Assembly (NCBI GenBank): GCA_963783655.1
Contig: CAWAOA010000007.1
Coordinates: 273,991 to 337,990, forward strand
From: an uncultured Chloroflexia bacterium
GTDB lineage: Bacteria > Chloroflexota > Anaerolineae > CG2-30-64-16
Reading direction: 5' to 3'
Length of the DNA stretch: 64,000 nt
Positions 29,306-40,078 of this stretch are shown here, piece after piece. A model generated the notes under the pieces. The model was not told the DNA's origin and did no database searches. It saw nothing but the letters and a program-made list of their open reading frames with translations. Within the stretch, counting starts at the first letter, position 1. The number at the start of each line of letters is the position of its first letter. The translations under genes were made by a program, and so were the position numbers.

Positions 29306-30326
29306 GCGGCGAATCGATACTTGCACCGGGAGCGGCAGTCGCCCTGATACCGGGAAATGTCTCATCCCTCGCGCTGGCCGCATCAAAAGCCGGTCACGTC
29401 GTTTGGAGTCAAAACGGGCAACTGCTGCACTCCAGGCGCACCGCATCGGGGTGGGGCGGACCGGCACCCGGCCGGCTTCGGAGACCAGCCCGTGCTGGCG
29501 GAGGGGATTGACGGCCGGCTGCATTGCCTGTTCAGCAACTCTTTTGGCCCCAACCTCGAGGTCTATCACACTTGGCTGCAAGGCAAGGATTGGGAGCTGC
29601 CGCGACCCGTCTCGCGCACTGACGGCGCGTCGACCCAACCCACGTTGGCCGTCGGTCCGGACGGTGTTCTCCATGCAGCGTGGTGTGACGATACCCCCGG
29701 CCACCGCTGCATCTACTACGGGCGGCTGCAGGGCCGCCTCTGGACAAGCGAGCCCGTCCCGCACACACGCGGATCTCGCCCAACCCTCGCGGTCACTCAG
29801 ATCGCACCGTGCATTTGGCATGGCAAGACAGCGCGCGGCAACCACGAGGTGTTCGCGTCCAGTTCGCGCGACGGCTCGTGGTCGCTGCCACAGGCGCTGT
29901 CAGATAAAGCAGGCGCCTCGCTCGCACCGTCGCTGGCGGCGCTGGACGATCTGGCTGTTGTCGCCTGGACTCAGCAGCGGGACGGTTCTTTTGGGGTCAC
30001 GCACTGCGTGCTGCTTCCGGGCGCCAAGCCGCACGACTGGGGGGCGCCGGTTCCTCTGTCTGAGGACGGGGATGACTGCCTGGCTGCACGAGTGTCGCCT
30101 GGGAGCTCGGAATGGCCGCGACCTGGTTTCCGCGGCCGTTTGCTTGCCCGCCGCTGGGCGGGCGCCAGTGGACACCCCCGAATCCATCGCGTTCCACCCC
30201 TACCCCGCCGAGATCGCCGTCGCCGGTAGAGGGCACAACCTCGCGGTCGCCTGGACGGGCGCCGGCGCCTCGGACGGCGCTGAGATCCGCTACGCAGAAC
30301 AAGGTCCCAGGCTGGCGACCGCATAG
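29302..30326 (+). pseudogene. BNR/Asp-box (sialidase-like) beta-propeller repeat protein; several frameshifts
   Basis: Repeated ...PTLAVGPDGVLHAAW..., SSSRDGSWSLPQALS (Asp-box SxDxGxxW) and LAVVAWTQQRDG are spread over ORFs 29302.., 29357.. and 29403... Confidence 0.6.
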
Positions 30327-30464
30327 AGCCGGCCACGGCGGCCGGTCACTGAGGTCACCGAAGCGAAGATTGGGCGCCATCGGTCCGCTAGCCTATCCGT
30401 TCTACGGCCGTGCTACAAGCAGGTGGGTATCGGTAGTGTTATGACTACACGAAGAGCACCTTGC

Positions 30465-30505
30465 AGAGAGGGAGGGCAGACATCTGCGGTCTGCCCTCCC
30501 TCTCT
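30465..30505. terminator. Bidirectional terminator-like hairpin between convergent genes (perfect 17-bp stem)
   Basis: AGAGAGGGAGGGCAGAC-atctgcg-GTCTGCCCTCCCTCTCT. Confidence 0.6.
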
Positions 30506-30594
30506 GCCTCTCCAACCGGCGCGGCCCTATTTGCGGGCGAGTTACTCGGCCGGGCGCTGCCAACCCCGGCGCTTTCGCCACTTCGCATAGCTAC

Positions 30595-31218
30595 TCATGA
30601 GGTGCGGCCACCACCCGTGAGCCTGCCCGCCGCCGAGGCCTTCTCCAACGCAGCCCGAAATAGGTCTGGATCGTCCGCAAATGGAGGCAGCAACACGTAG
30701 CCCTTTCCGATCTCGGCGAGCGTGTGGCCATCGCTGCCGGCGGTACCGAGCACTCCCATGCTTGCCGCCAACGCCTGAGCCCGGACGTTGAAACCGCGGA
30801 CAGGCACCGGGAGTTGAAGACCTCGATCGCGTCCACCAGCGGAAGCGGCTCCGGGTTCGCTCCTCGCCCATCGCCGAGTTGCCGAGGCGGTCCGTGGATG
30901 CGAGATGCTGATGACGGAGCCCTGCGCCCGAAGACGCCTGACGCCTCTTCCACAGGGAGGCCGGCCGGAATCTCTTCCGCGACGAAGTATGCGATCAGCT
31001 CGCCGCCGTCCTCAACCTCGATCTCTTCGCCTACGATCACATATTCCGGAGCGTAGGCGTGAGCCTCCAGCGCCCCGGTAATAGTGTTGTGGTCGGTGAC
31101 AGCAAGGTGCGCCAGACCGGTCTGCCTTGCGTGGTCCACCAGTCACGCGAGGTCCGGTCGCGAGTCGCGACGAGTACCAGGTGTGGGTGTGTAGATCGAC
31201 CGCCGGCCAGGGTCGCAT
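30595..31218 (-). pseudogene. PHP domain metal-dependent phosphoesterase; at least 3 frameshifts
   Basis: MRPWPAVDLHTHTWYS (tail of ORF 31012..32283), LAHLAVTDHNTITGA (ORF 30591..31139), GTAGSDGHTLAEIGKGY (ORF 30595..30807). The ATG overlaps the stop of the upstream gene (TGATG). Confidence 0.75.
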
Positions 31219-32438
31219 CACGCTCCACTGCCCCGCCTGCGTAGGGCCATGCCTCCCGCCACCGCCAGACCGAGCAGCGCAATGGCGGCAGCGACTGTGG
31301 TTCGCGGCTCCATGCCCGGCATCACCACCTCCTCGTTGCCGTACTGGCGGAACAGCTCGCCCCACTTCGTCTCCAGCGCGGCCTCGACCCGCTTCCGGCC
31401 CACGAACGGATACCAGTAGACGTTGTGGTAGAGGTTCGAGGCGAAGAAGCTCCACGGCACGATCGGGCGAGCGCAGCAGCAGGTTCTCGAACGGCTTCAG
31501 CGGCCCGTGATAGATCAGCTTCTGGCCGCGGCTGGCGAACGTGTCTTCCTGGACGAAGTGCCAGTCCTCCGCGGAGATGTCGTCGCCCGACGATCTCGAT
31601 ATCCTTCGGGTCGCCCACGCCCAGGCCCTGTTCGTGGCGCCAGGCGGATGAACTTCAGCTCCATCGGGTCGAAACCCTGCATCTTGGCCGAAACGGCATC
31701 GATGGCCACCTGGTCGGCGGAGGCCAGGATGATGTTCTTCTCGTGCCGGCGCATGGCGCGCGGTCCGGGGCCGTCGCCGGCAAACGTGCCGTCCATCACC
31801 GCGAAGATGCCCGCTGTGGATTTCCTGCTGGATCGCCAGCAGGTCGACCAGCGTCTCGTGGATGACGCTGTGGGTCCAGTGCCGCTTCTCGTTCAGCAGC
31901 CCGCCGAAGGCGTTCTTCATCGCGCCGGTGATCGTCGTGAACACGTGGGTCTTGACCGTCGGCAGGTGGATGATGTTCTTGCCGAAGAAGTACTCGGGGA
32001 TCAAATCCCGTCGGGGAAGATCTTGATCCAGCACCAGCATCGGGCGCTTTCGGCGCGTAACGGACCCAGTCGACTTCCGGCTCGTAGAGATGGACGTTGC
32101 GCAGACCGTAGCGGTCCACGACGAACTTGTGCTTGTTGTTGCGCTCGCCCACATAGGCATCGACCACGACCGTGTTGTTGTGCGCGGCCGACAGGTTGCG
32201 TGTAGCCGTCGGCCTGCAGCTTGCGGATCACGCCCTCGATCTGCCACGGCGTGCTCGAGCAGGCGGGATACCACGTCTGCCATGAGATATTGATCTTCAG
32301 GATGGTCTCTCGGTCGGCAGGCAACGCGGCCTGGTAATTGGTCATGTCCATCAGGCGGGCGATGTCATCGAATACTGTATCCGGGCGGGTGCGCAGGACC
32401 GCCACTTTGCCCTTGCCGGGAAAATCACGCTGTATCAT
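31218..32438 (-). pseudogene. DUF362 domain-containing protein with C-terminal TM anchor; at least 5 frameshifts
   Basis: Collinear homolog-like pieces: MIQRDFPGKGKVAVLRTRPDT...ILKINISW (32001..32438), KNIIHLPTVKTHVFTTITGAMKNAFGGLL (31012..32283), MDGTFAGDGPGP (31515..31799), WYPFVGRKRVE...TM (31218..31460). Confidence 0.65.
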
Positions 32439-32676
32439 CGGGTATTACCTCCACTGAATGCGATCTGGCGAAGTTAGCGTCGCCGGGCGCCAATCGCGAT
32501 TCGCGAGTATACTCCATCCGAGAAGTCGTCGCAAAGGCCATTGCGCGGGCTTGCGCAAAGCTGCGCAAGAGGTCTGGCTATTGTGTCCTGTTGAAGTCTT
32601 GTATAATTGATGGATTGTTAAGCCGCGAGGTGTCGAGCAGGGGCTTCGCCCGGGGTACCTGCTGACAGAAGAGGCC

Positions 32677-34305
32677 ATGGTGGGAGATTATCTGCTAAAT
32701 ACGAGCACCGAAATCCTGCATGACTTCACGCGCTTTCTCAGTCTGGGCTGCGGCATGTGGACTGAGGTAGTATCGCTCATCATGTCGCGAACCGGCGCTG
32801 ACGCGGCGGTGCTGAAGCTCCCCTCCGAATCCGGCGTTCACGTCGAGGCGGGCCCCGTCTCTCCCGTAGAGAAGCGGGAACTGAGCCTTTGGGCGTCAGG
32901 CGTGGACTGTGCGTTGACCGCCGAATTGGACATTGCCGACAGGCGCTGGCTAGGCATCGCGCTTCGCGACGAAGACGAGGCCGGCTCCGGCTACCTGGGG
33001 CTGAGGTTTGACAGCGCCTGGACCGCCACCCCAGGCGGTCGCGAAGTGCTTCATGCAGCCCTTTCTGTCCTCGATAAGGCCGCGCGCAACCAGTCGGAGA
33101 TCGAGAACGCTAGAGCCCGTGTCGGCAGCCTGGGACATCTGTACGAGGTGGGGCGGGCCATCGGATCGACACTCGATCTCGACAGCGTGCTGCACGAGAG
33201 TGCTTCGCGGGTGGCGGAGTCGCTTGGCGCCGAGGCGAGCACCCTGTTCCTGGTCGACGAGACGAGGCGCGAACTCGTCTTCAAAATCCCGGCGGGCCCC
33301 GCAGAACAGATGCTTCGCGAGCAGCGTATGCCGATGGAAAAGGGGATCGCAGGCTGGGCTGTCACGCACGGCAAGTCGATCAGGATCTCGGACGCCAGTA
33401 GCGACCAACGTTTCTTCGACGATATCGACCGCTTCACCGGATACCACACCCGCTCGCTCATCGCCGTGCCGCTCCAGGTTAAGGGCAAGACCATCGGCGT
33501 GATCGAGGTGATCAACAAAATTGCGGAAGCGCGATTCACAGAGGAGGACGAGCAGTGGCTCTCCATACTCGCGCCGTTGATCGCGGGAGCGGTTGAGAAT
33601 GCACGGCTTTACGTGGCGCTGCGCGAGGAACGCGACCGGATCGTGAGTGCAGAGGAAGCGGTGCGGCACGAGCTCGCACGCAGTCTTCATGACGGTCCCG
33701 CCCAGATCCTGTCTGCGATGATACTCAATATCGACGTGGCCAGGCGCTACATCGCCGAGCGACCCGATCGGATGGCGTCTGAGCTGAACTATCTGCAGAG
33801 CCTCGCGGAGGAGGCAAACCAGGAGATACGAGGTCTCCTGTTCAGCCTGCGGCCACTGATACTCGAGACGCACGGGCTCGGGTCGGCGCTGCACCAGCTT
33901 GCGGATTTGCTCCGCGGCCACGTTCCGTTCGAGCTCCACCTCGAAAGTTGTTTGCCCGACGATGCGATCGATACGCGTGTTGCCGGAACGATCTTCGTGA
34001 TCATCCAGGAAGCGCTCAACAATATCCAGAAGCACGCACAGGCACGCAACGTATGGATTCGCCTGGGCCTGACCGATAGAGTACTAGCGATCGAAGTGTC
34101 GGATGACGGTACCGGCTTCGACGTGAAACGGGTTGAGGCGGGCTATGCGCGCATGAACAGCTTCGGGCTGCTCAACATGCGAGAGCGCGCGCGGCTGATT
34201 GAAGGGCAGCTCGTGATCTTCTCACCGCGGGCTGACGGCGAACGCGGAACCGGCGTTCGTCTGGAGATCCCGCGGCACATCGCCTGTCCGGAACTGTTCG
34301 CCTAG
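32677..34305 (+). CDS. GAF domain sensor histidine kinase (HisKA_3/NarX-type), no adjacent response regulator
   Basis: Intact 542-aa ORF. GAF domain (LFLVDETRRELVF...AVPLQVKGKTIGVIEVINK), H-box (HELARSLHDGPAQ) and HATPase_c (EALNNIQKHA, DDGTGF, GLLNMRERA). Confidence 0.9.
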   Translation: MVGDYLLNTSTEILHDFTRFLSLGCGMWTEVVSLIMSRTGADAAVLKLPSESGVHVEAGPVSPVEKRELSLWASGVDCALTAELDIADRRWLGIALRDEDEAGSGYLGLRFDSAWTATPGGREVLHAALSVLDKAARNQSEIENARARVGSLGHLYEVGRAIGSTLDLDSVLHESASRVAESLGAEASTLFLVDETRRELVFKIPAGPAEQMLREQRMPMEKGIAGWAVTHGKSIRISDASSDQRFFDDIDRFTGYHTRSLIAVPLQVKGKTIGVIEVINKIAEARFTEEDEQWLSILAPLIAGAVENARLYVALREERDRIVSAEEAVRHELARSLHDGPAQILSAMILNIDVARRYIAERPDRMASELNYLQSLAEEANQEIRGLLFSLRPLILETHGLGSALHQLADLLRGHVPFELHLESCLPDDAIDTRVAGTIFVIIQEALNNIQKHAQARNVWIRLGLTDRVLAIEVSDDGTGFDVKRVEAGYARMNSFGLLNMRERARLIEGQLVIFSPRADGERGTGVRLEIPRHIACPELFA

Positions 34306-34329
34306 CTTTCGAGCCGGGTACCAAAAAAG

Positions 34330-34367
34330 AACAGGGGCGGCATCCTTGTGAGGATGCCGCCCCTGTT
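34330..34367. terminator. Bidirectional intrinsic terminator (16-bp stem flanked by A6 / TTTGT)
   Basis: aaaaaagAACAGGGGCGGCATCC-ttgtga-GGATGCCGCCCCTGTTtgt, between the histidine kinase (plus) and EF-G (minus). Confidence 0.85.
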
Positions 34368-34391
34368 TGTAAGAGAAGCTTCTGGCTCTGC

Positions 34392-36469
34392 TTAAGACTC
34401 GGCTTCCGCAACCTCACGCTTATGGGCCGCGATCACCTGTTCTGCGACGTGCGCAGGTGTGGGCTCGTAGTGCGACAGTTTCATGGTGTAAATGCCGCGC
34501 CCCTGGGTCATGGAGCGCAGATCGATCGAATAGCGCTGCATCTCCGCCATGGGCACATAAGCAGTGACCACGCCCTTGCCCGCGTCTGCTCCATACCGAG
34601 CACGCGCCCGCGACGGGTGTTGAGGTCGCCCATAATATCGCCCGTGTACTCTTCGGGCACCGTAATCGTCACTTCCATGACCGGTTCGAGCAGCACAGGG
34701 CCGGCATCCAGGAAGGTCTTCTTGAAGACCTCGCGCCCGGCGATCTGGAACGCGATATCCTTGGAATCCACCGGGTGCATCTTGCCGTCGTACACCTCGC
34801 ACCGGACGTCAACCACGGGGTAGCCGGCCACGGGTCCCGAATCCAGCATCGATCGGATGCCCTTCTCGATCGAAGGGAAGAAGCTGTTCTGGATGGCGCC
34901 GCCGAAGACGCGGGACGTATCGAACTCAAAGCCGCGGCCACGCTCCAGCGGCTTGATCTCCATATGCACTTCTGCAAATTGCCCGGCGCCGCCGGTCTGC
35001 TTCTTGTGGCGGTAAAAGTCCGCTGCGTTCCGCGTGATGGACTCGTTGTACGGCACTTTCGGAACGCTCGTGACGAGACCCACGCCGAACTTGGCCTCCG
35101 TGCGCTTCACGGCGAGGTCGATATGGATCTCACCCATGCCCGATAGGATCGTCTGCCCGGTGCCCTGCTCGAAACGCCAGCGCAGTGTCGGATCCTCTTC
35201 GCTGAGCCGGGTTAGGGTTGGGCCCATCTTCGCGGAATCGGCGCGCGTCTTTGGGTTCACGGCAACCGAGAAGAGCGGTTCGGGGTAATTGGGGCGAGGC
35301 AGGGTGAGCGCGTGCGCCTTATCGCAGAGCGTGTCGTTGGTCAACGTGGATGCCAACTTGGTGACGCCGCCGATGTCGCCGGCAACCACGCGCTGGGTGC
35401 TCAACTGCTCCTTGCCGCGCGGCGTGAAGACGGGACCGATGCGCTCTTCGTTGCCACCCGGCATGCTGTAGGCACGAGAGTCCCCCTGCAGAGCGCCGGA
35501 GAAAACACGGAAGTATGACACCTTGCCGACGAATGGGTCGGCCCACGTCTTGAAGACAAAGGCGGCGAGCGGTCCGGCAGAATCGGAGGTGAGAGAGACC
35601 TGCTCGCCATTCGGACGCTCCGCAACCACCGCCGGACTTTCCAGGGGATTGGGCAGGAACGCGATCATGGACTCGATCAGCTGCCGCGTGCCGACGTTCG
35701 CTGCTGCAGAGCCGCAAAATACCGGGAAGATCGTTCCCTTCACGACACCCTGGCGCAGACCACGGTTGATCTCGTCAGAGGTCAGCTCTTCCCCTTCCAG
35801 GTACTTCATGATCAGCTCGTCGTCGCCCTCGGCAGATGCCTCGATCAGCTGTAGGCGGGCCTCTTCGACGGCATCGGCCATGTCGCCGGGCACGTCCGTC
35901 GCCTCTCCGCTCTCTCCGACATACGCCTTGCCGCTGATGAGATCCACGATCCCGCGGAACTCAGCCCCTTCCCCAATGGGCAATTGCACCGGGACGATGG
36001 TGCCGGAGAATTGCTCTCGCAGGGCGTTAACTGCGCCCTGGAAGCGGGCGTTCTCACGGTCCATCTTGTTGACGAAGACGGCGCGCGCCAGGCCGCGATC
36101 GTTCAGGTAGTTCCATCCCAGCTCGGTCCCGACTTCCACGCCAGACGCCGCGTCCAGCACCAGCAAGCCGGCGTCGGCCACCGTTACCGCCGAAATGGCT
36201 TCGCCCGCGAGATCCATGAAGCCGGGGGCATCCAGCAAATTGACTTTATTCCCATTCACCTCGCACGGCACAACCGAGAGGCTGACCGACATTCGCCGGC
36301 GAATTTCCTCTTCATCCCAATCGGACACCGTCGTCCCGTCCTCGACGCGGCCGCGCCGGCTGACTGCACCGGTATTGAAAAGCAAGGCTTCGGCCAGCGT
36401 GGTCTTGCCTGATCCGCCGTGGCCCAAAAGGGCAACGTTGCGCAACTGCGATGTTGTGTAGCTCGCCAT
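34392..36469 (-). pseudogene. Elongation factor G family GTPase (EF-G paralog outside the str operon); one frameshift as sequenced
   Basis: G1 (LLGHGGSGKTTLAEAL), DAPGF and NKMD in ORF 34508..36469. Domain V/C-terminus (GVVTAYVPMAEMQRYSIDLRSMTQGRG...) in ORF 34392..34802. The break is near 34590. Confidence 0.9.
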
Positions 36470-36674
36470 TCATCCTCCCATTCAGCGCCCAGGAGCTATG
36501 CTCATTAACCGCGCAATAAGGGGCGCCGTGCGAAAATACCGAGCGCACGGCACCCAACCTGTTCATTTTAGCGCGGGACGCGGGTGGTGTCAAAGTACCG
36601 TTCGCCGCACTTGTGAGGATAGCGGGAGGAGGTATAATGCGTGCGCTTTCAGCCGCCAGTATGGACCTCATGGT

Positions 36675-38114
36675 ATGACCTCGTACGCACCAGAATTGCC
36701 GGCCACCCATCTCCTGCTCGTCAGGCATGGCCAGTCGCTCTTCAACCGTGACGGCACAGACGCCGGGAGTAACAGCGGGCTGACTGCCGCAGGCTGGAGC
36801 CAGGCGCGCCTGGTTGCGGACTGGCTGGCGGGCAGGTACGCGGTCGATGCCATCATCTCGAGCGAGATGATACGGTCCCGCCAGACCGCAGAGGTGATCG
36901 CCGCCCGGCTGCAGATGGAAGTGCATCCGTGGCCCGGCCTCGAAGAGTCTGCGCAGTCGTATTGGACCGAGCTGGCGCCGCCGAACTCCGATCCCGTCGC
37001 CTACTGGAGCCATCCGTGGACTCCCGCCCCGGCGGCAACCCCCATCTATGCGGAATTTCGCGGCCGGATCGAAAGGGCCATGGCGGCGCTGATGGGCGCC
37101 CACGAGGGGAAAACCGTCCTCGTCGTGTGCCACGGTGGAGTCATCGCCACCGTCATCCGTTGCATCATGGGCGGGCAACAAGCCGCCGTAAGCACCGAGA
37201 ACACCGGCGTGACACATCTTGTGTTCCAGGATGGGCGATGGCATCTGGCGATGCACAACAGCCGCGTTCACCTGCACTCTGCCCAAGCCGCTCCGGACAT
37301 TACCAGGGAGCGGGACGTCCCGCTCCCTGCGAGTGATACGCTCTCGGTTGCCATCGAACAAGCCACCCGCGCCGCGCCCTCGCAGCCACTAGAGCCCGGG
37401 CCTGCGCAACAGTCCCAGCTGCAGGCGTTGGTGGCCATGTCGAACCTGGCCCCGCACATGGACGTCCTCGACGTTGGTACCGGCGCCGGGAGCGTCGCGC
37501 TCGCTTTTGCCCCGGCCGTTGCGTCCGTGGTGGGGGTCGATATCACTCCGGCGATGTTGGAACGCGGAGAGCAGCGCCGTATGCATCAAGGCACGGAGAA
37601 TGTTGTGTTGCGGTGGGCGAGCGCCGAGTCGCTACCGTTCCCCGACGCGCGCTTCGACCGGGTAACCTTGCGCGACCTCCTTTCGTACGTACCTCGCCCC
37701 GAAAAGGTGCTGGAGGAGATGCAGAGAGTGCTGACTCCCGACGGTCTTCTGGTGTTGGACGAAGCCGTAGGTAGCGATGATCCGGTCAAGCGTGCCACGC
37801 AAGCCGCCATCGAGACGCGACGCGACCCTGCCCTGCTGCGGATCTTCAGCCTGACGGAGATCGACGCCCTGCTTCGCTCGGCAAACGCCTGCACCCACGA
37901 AGCCGAGCGTTACCAGGTGACGCGCGAGTTGAGCGAATGGGCTGCAGAGGCCGGCGCCGGCCCCGACACAGTGGCGAGCGTTCGCCACATGCTCGAGGCA
38001 GCGCTGGAAGGGGACGCGGCGGGCTTGCGGGTCCGGCAGAGCCATCAGGGTGAGCTGACTTTCGTCCAGCAGCGAGTGCGCATCACCGCTGCGCCCTGCC
38101 AGCCCGCAGAGTAG
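36675..38114 (+). CDS. Fusion protein: histidine phosphatase (phosphoglycerate mutase family) plus class I SAM-dependent methyltransferase
   Basis: Continuous ORF. N-terminus LLLVRHGQS...RSRQTA...CHGGV (RHG/H phosphatase motifs). C-terminus LDVGTGAGSVALAF...VGVDITPAM...DGLLVLDE (SAM motifs I-III). Confidence 0.8.
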   Translation: MTSYAPELPATHLLLVRHGQSLFNRDGTDAGSNSGLTAAGWSQARLVADWLAGRYAVDAIISSEMIRSRQTAEVIAARLQMEVHPWPGLEESAQSYWTELAPPNSDPVAYWSHPWTPAPAATPIYAEFRGRIERAMAALMGAHEGKTVLVVCHGGVIATVIRCIMGGQQAAVSTENTGVTHLVFQDGRWHLAMHNSRVHLHSAQAAPDITRERDVPLPASDTLSVAIEQATRAAPSQPLEPGPAQQSQLQALVAMSNLAPHMDVLDVGTGAGSVALAFAPAVASVVGVDITPAMLERGEQRRMHQGTENVVLRWASAESLPFPDARFDRVTLRDLLSYVPRPEKVLEEMQRVLTPDGLLVLDEAVGSDDPVKRATQAAIETRRDPALLRIFSLTEIDALLRSANACTHEAERYQVTRELSEWAAEAGAGPDTVASVRHMLEAALEGDAAGLRVRQSHQGELTFVQQRVRITAAPCQPAE

Positions 38115-38429
38115 GAAGATCAGGGTCCGAGCCACCGCAGGAACGCCTCCCAGAGAGACGCGAACCACGGCGGCCGAGGTTCCGGCTGGTCAAGTGCGGT
38201 TGGCGGTTCCCCGGCCAGCAAATCCGTGATGATGGGTCCCTCGTCAAACAGGCGCGCTTCATCCGGTGACCGGGTTGCCCATGCCCGGCGCGGTGGGGTT
38301 GGCAGCAACTGCTCACCCGCTCGCGCCATGGCGGGCGCCGGCGATTCCGGCGTGGGTCGAGGCGACAGGCGCTCCATCGGAACCACTTGCTCCAGCAGCG
38401 AGGCGGGCGCCGAAGTGGCCCCTTCCGAA

Positions 38430-39044
38430 TCATCCGGCGGCGTAGGTGAGCTGCGCCAACATGTCAGTCAACTCCGGCGGACCTTCTCCCGGCGCGGGCG
38501 TTGGCCGCGTAATTACCACCTCGTCTGGATCGAGAGGTGCCGGTGCCCTCGGAGCCGGGGCGGCAAGGTCTTGTTCGCCCGGATCGGGCCACACGATTAC
38601 TCCCGCTAAGGGGCGATCCATGCGCCAATCGCGGCTCAGTTCCCAGCTAACGTCGACCGCCCACTCACGATCCAAGAGAGATGGGACGTCCGTTCGCTGG
38701 GCGCAGTCGATCACCAGGAAAGGTCCGTACAGCTCCCCATTGGGATGCTGGAGCCAGACCTTACGGCCGATGTCACCGGCGCGCAACAACGCTACGTTTC
38801 CGACACACTCAGGGCAGGGTGGAAGCTGATCGCGCCCCCGGCGGTACTTCTCCACCCACTCCATCACGCCACTTCCATAGTAGGTGGCCAAACCCATCTG
38901 CGGCAGGGGCGTCCGGTCCCAGTAACCGGGATCGAGCGGGGCATCCTGAGCTCCAGGCGTGCCCAAAAGCCCCAGCAGGAGCGATATAACAGGTAACAGT
39001 CTCAAATGGGAACTCCCTCTGGTGGGAGCAGAATCTCGGCGCAT
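38430..39044 (-). CDS. Secreted hypothetical protein, possible RlpA-like double-psi beta-barrel domain
   Basis: Signal peptide (LLPVISLLLGLLGTPGA), GLATYYGSG motif and a Pro-rich tail. The Pro-rich ORF 38120..38386 in another frame may be its frameshifted continuation. Confidence 0.45.
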   Translation of the reverse strand: MRRDSAPTRGSSHLRLLPVISLLLGLLGTPGAQDAPLDPGYWDRTPLPQMGLATYYGSGVMEWVEKYRRGRDQLPPCPECVGNVALLRAGDIGRKVWLQHPNGELYGPFLVIDCAQRTDVPSLLDREWAVDVSWELSRDWRMDRPLAGVIVWPDPGEQDLAAPAPRAPAPLDPDEVVITRPTPAPGEGPPELTDMLAQLTYAAG

Positions 39045-39076
39045 TATAACAAAGCGGTGAATGAAAGGGAACCCCT

Positions 39077-40078
39077 GTGCGCTTAGGATTTGCCGTCAAG
39101 GTGATTGGCCGGGCGGGGTTGAAGAGCAACGATACCCGCCGCTGGCAGAATAGCCCGCACCTCTCCGTCAGTCTTGCCTACCTGCGCGACATCCTGCGCT
39201 ACCTTTCCGACAGCCGGATCGGGATGTACAGGATGTCATCGGATCTGGCTCCCTACGCCACGCACCCCGGCATGCCCCAATTCCACACGCAGCTGGAGGA
39301 ATCGAGACGCGAGCTCAACATCGTGGGTGCGATGGCGAAATCGGCCGGGATCCGTCTTTCCTTCCATCCGGCGCAGCATGTGGTGCTCAACTCACCGGAT
39401 GAGACGATTGTTGCCAAAAGCGTGGCGGATCTGCAGTACCAGTCGGTCCTGTTGGATGCGATGGACCAGGGACCCGAGGCGGTCGTGATCACGCATACCG
39501 GTGGAGCATACGGCGATCGATCCGCGGCCAGGGACCGGTTCGTGCGCAATTGGCACCTCCTGCCGCACGAGGCACAGAGGCGGGTCGTGTTGGAGAATGA
39601 CGACAACCGTTTCGCGGTGAGCGATACTGTGTGGATCCACGCACGGACCGGGATCCGCCTGGTGTTCGATACCCTGCATCACCGGGTCTACAACCCCGAA
39701 CGAATGCCGGCCCGGGACGCGCTCGCTGCCTGCCTGGTCACCTGGCCCACCGGCGAGCGGCCTAAGGTTCACTTTAGTAGCCCCCGCACCTGCGCGGTGA
39801 TCGAGGAGACCGCGGGCGATGAAGGCACAGGTCGCGCTCACCGGCCGCGGTGGGCGGCCCACTCCGACTACCTCAACCCGTTCGAGTTCATCGACTTTTT
39901 CGCCTGGGCTGGAGCGATGCGTATCTTTGACGTGATGCTGGAAGTAAAGCTGAAGGACGTCGCCCTGCTGCAGCTGCGCCGTGACCTGCTCGCCTACGCA
40001 CCGGAGATTGCGGCGCAACTGGAACCCGCCGTTCAAGCCTCGTCGCCAGAGGGAAACGAGTTGTTGCATGCGGAATGA
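39077..40078 (+). CDS. uvsE: UV damage endonuclease UvsE/UvdE
   Basis: Intact 333-aa ORF: MRLGFAVKVIG..., YRMSSDLAPY, LSFHPAQH, VVITHTGG, LENDD, FDTLHH (TIM-barrel UVDE motifs). Confidence 0.9.
   Translation: MRLGFAVKVIGRAGLKSNDTRRWQNSPHLSVSLAYLRDILRYLSDSRIGMYRMSSDLAPYATHPGMPQFHTQLEESRRELNIVGAMAKSAGIRLSFHPAQHVVLNSPDETIVAKSVADLQYQSVLLDAMDQGPEAVVITHTGGAYGDRSAARDRFVRNWHLLPHEAQRRVVLENDDNRFAVSDTVWIHARTGIRLVFDTLHHRVYNPERMPARDALAACLVTWPTGERPKVHFSSPRTCAVIEETAGDEGTGRAHRPRWAAHSDYLNPFEFIDFFAWAGAMRIFDVMLEVKLKDVALLQLRRDLLAYAPEIAAQLEPAVQASSPEGNELLHAE

Noticed and set aside
36312-37361. 349-aa minus-strand ORF
   Set aside because: It is antisense to the histidine phosphatase-methyltransferase gene and overlaps the EF-G 5' end. 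It has low-complexity Arg/Gly/Pro composition.
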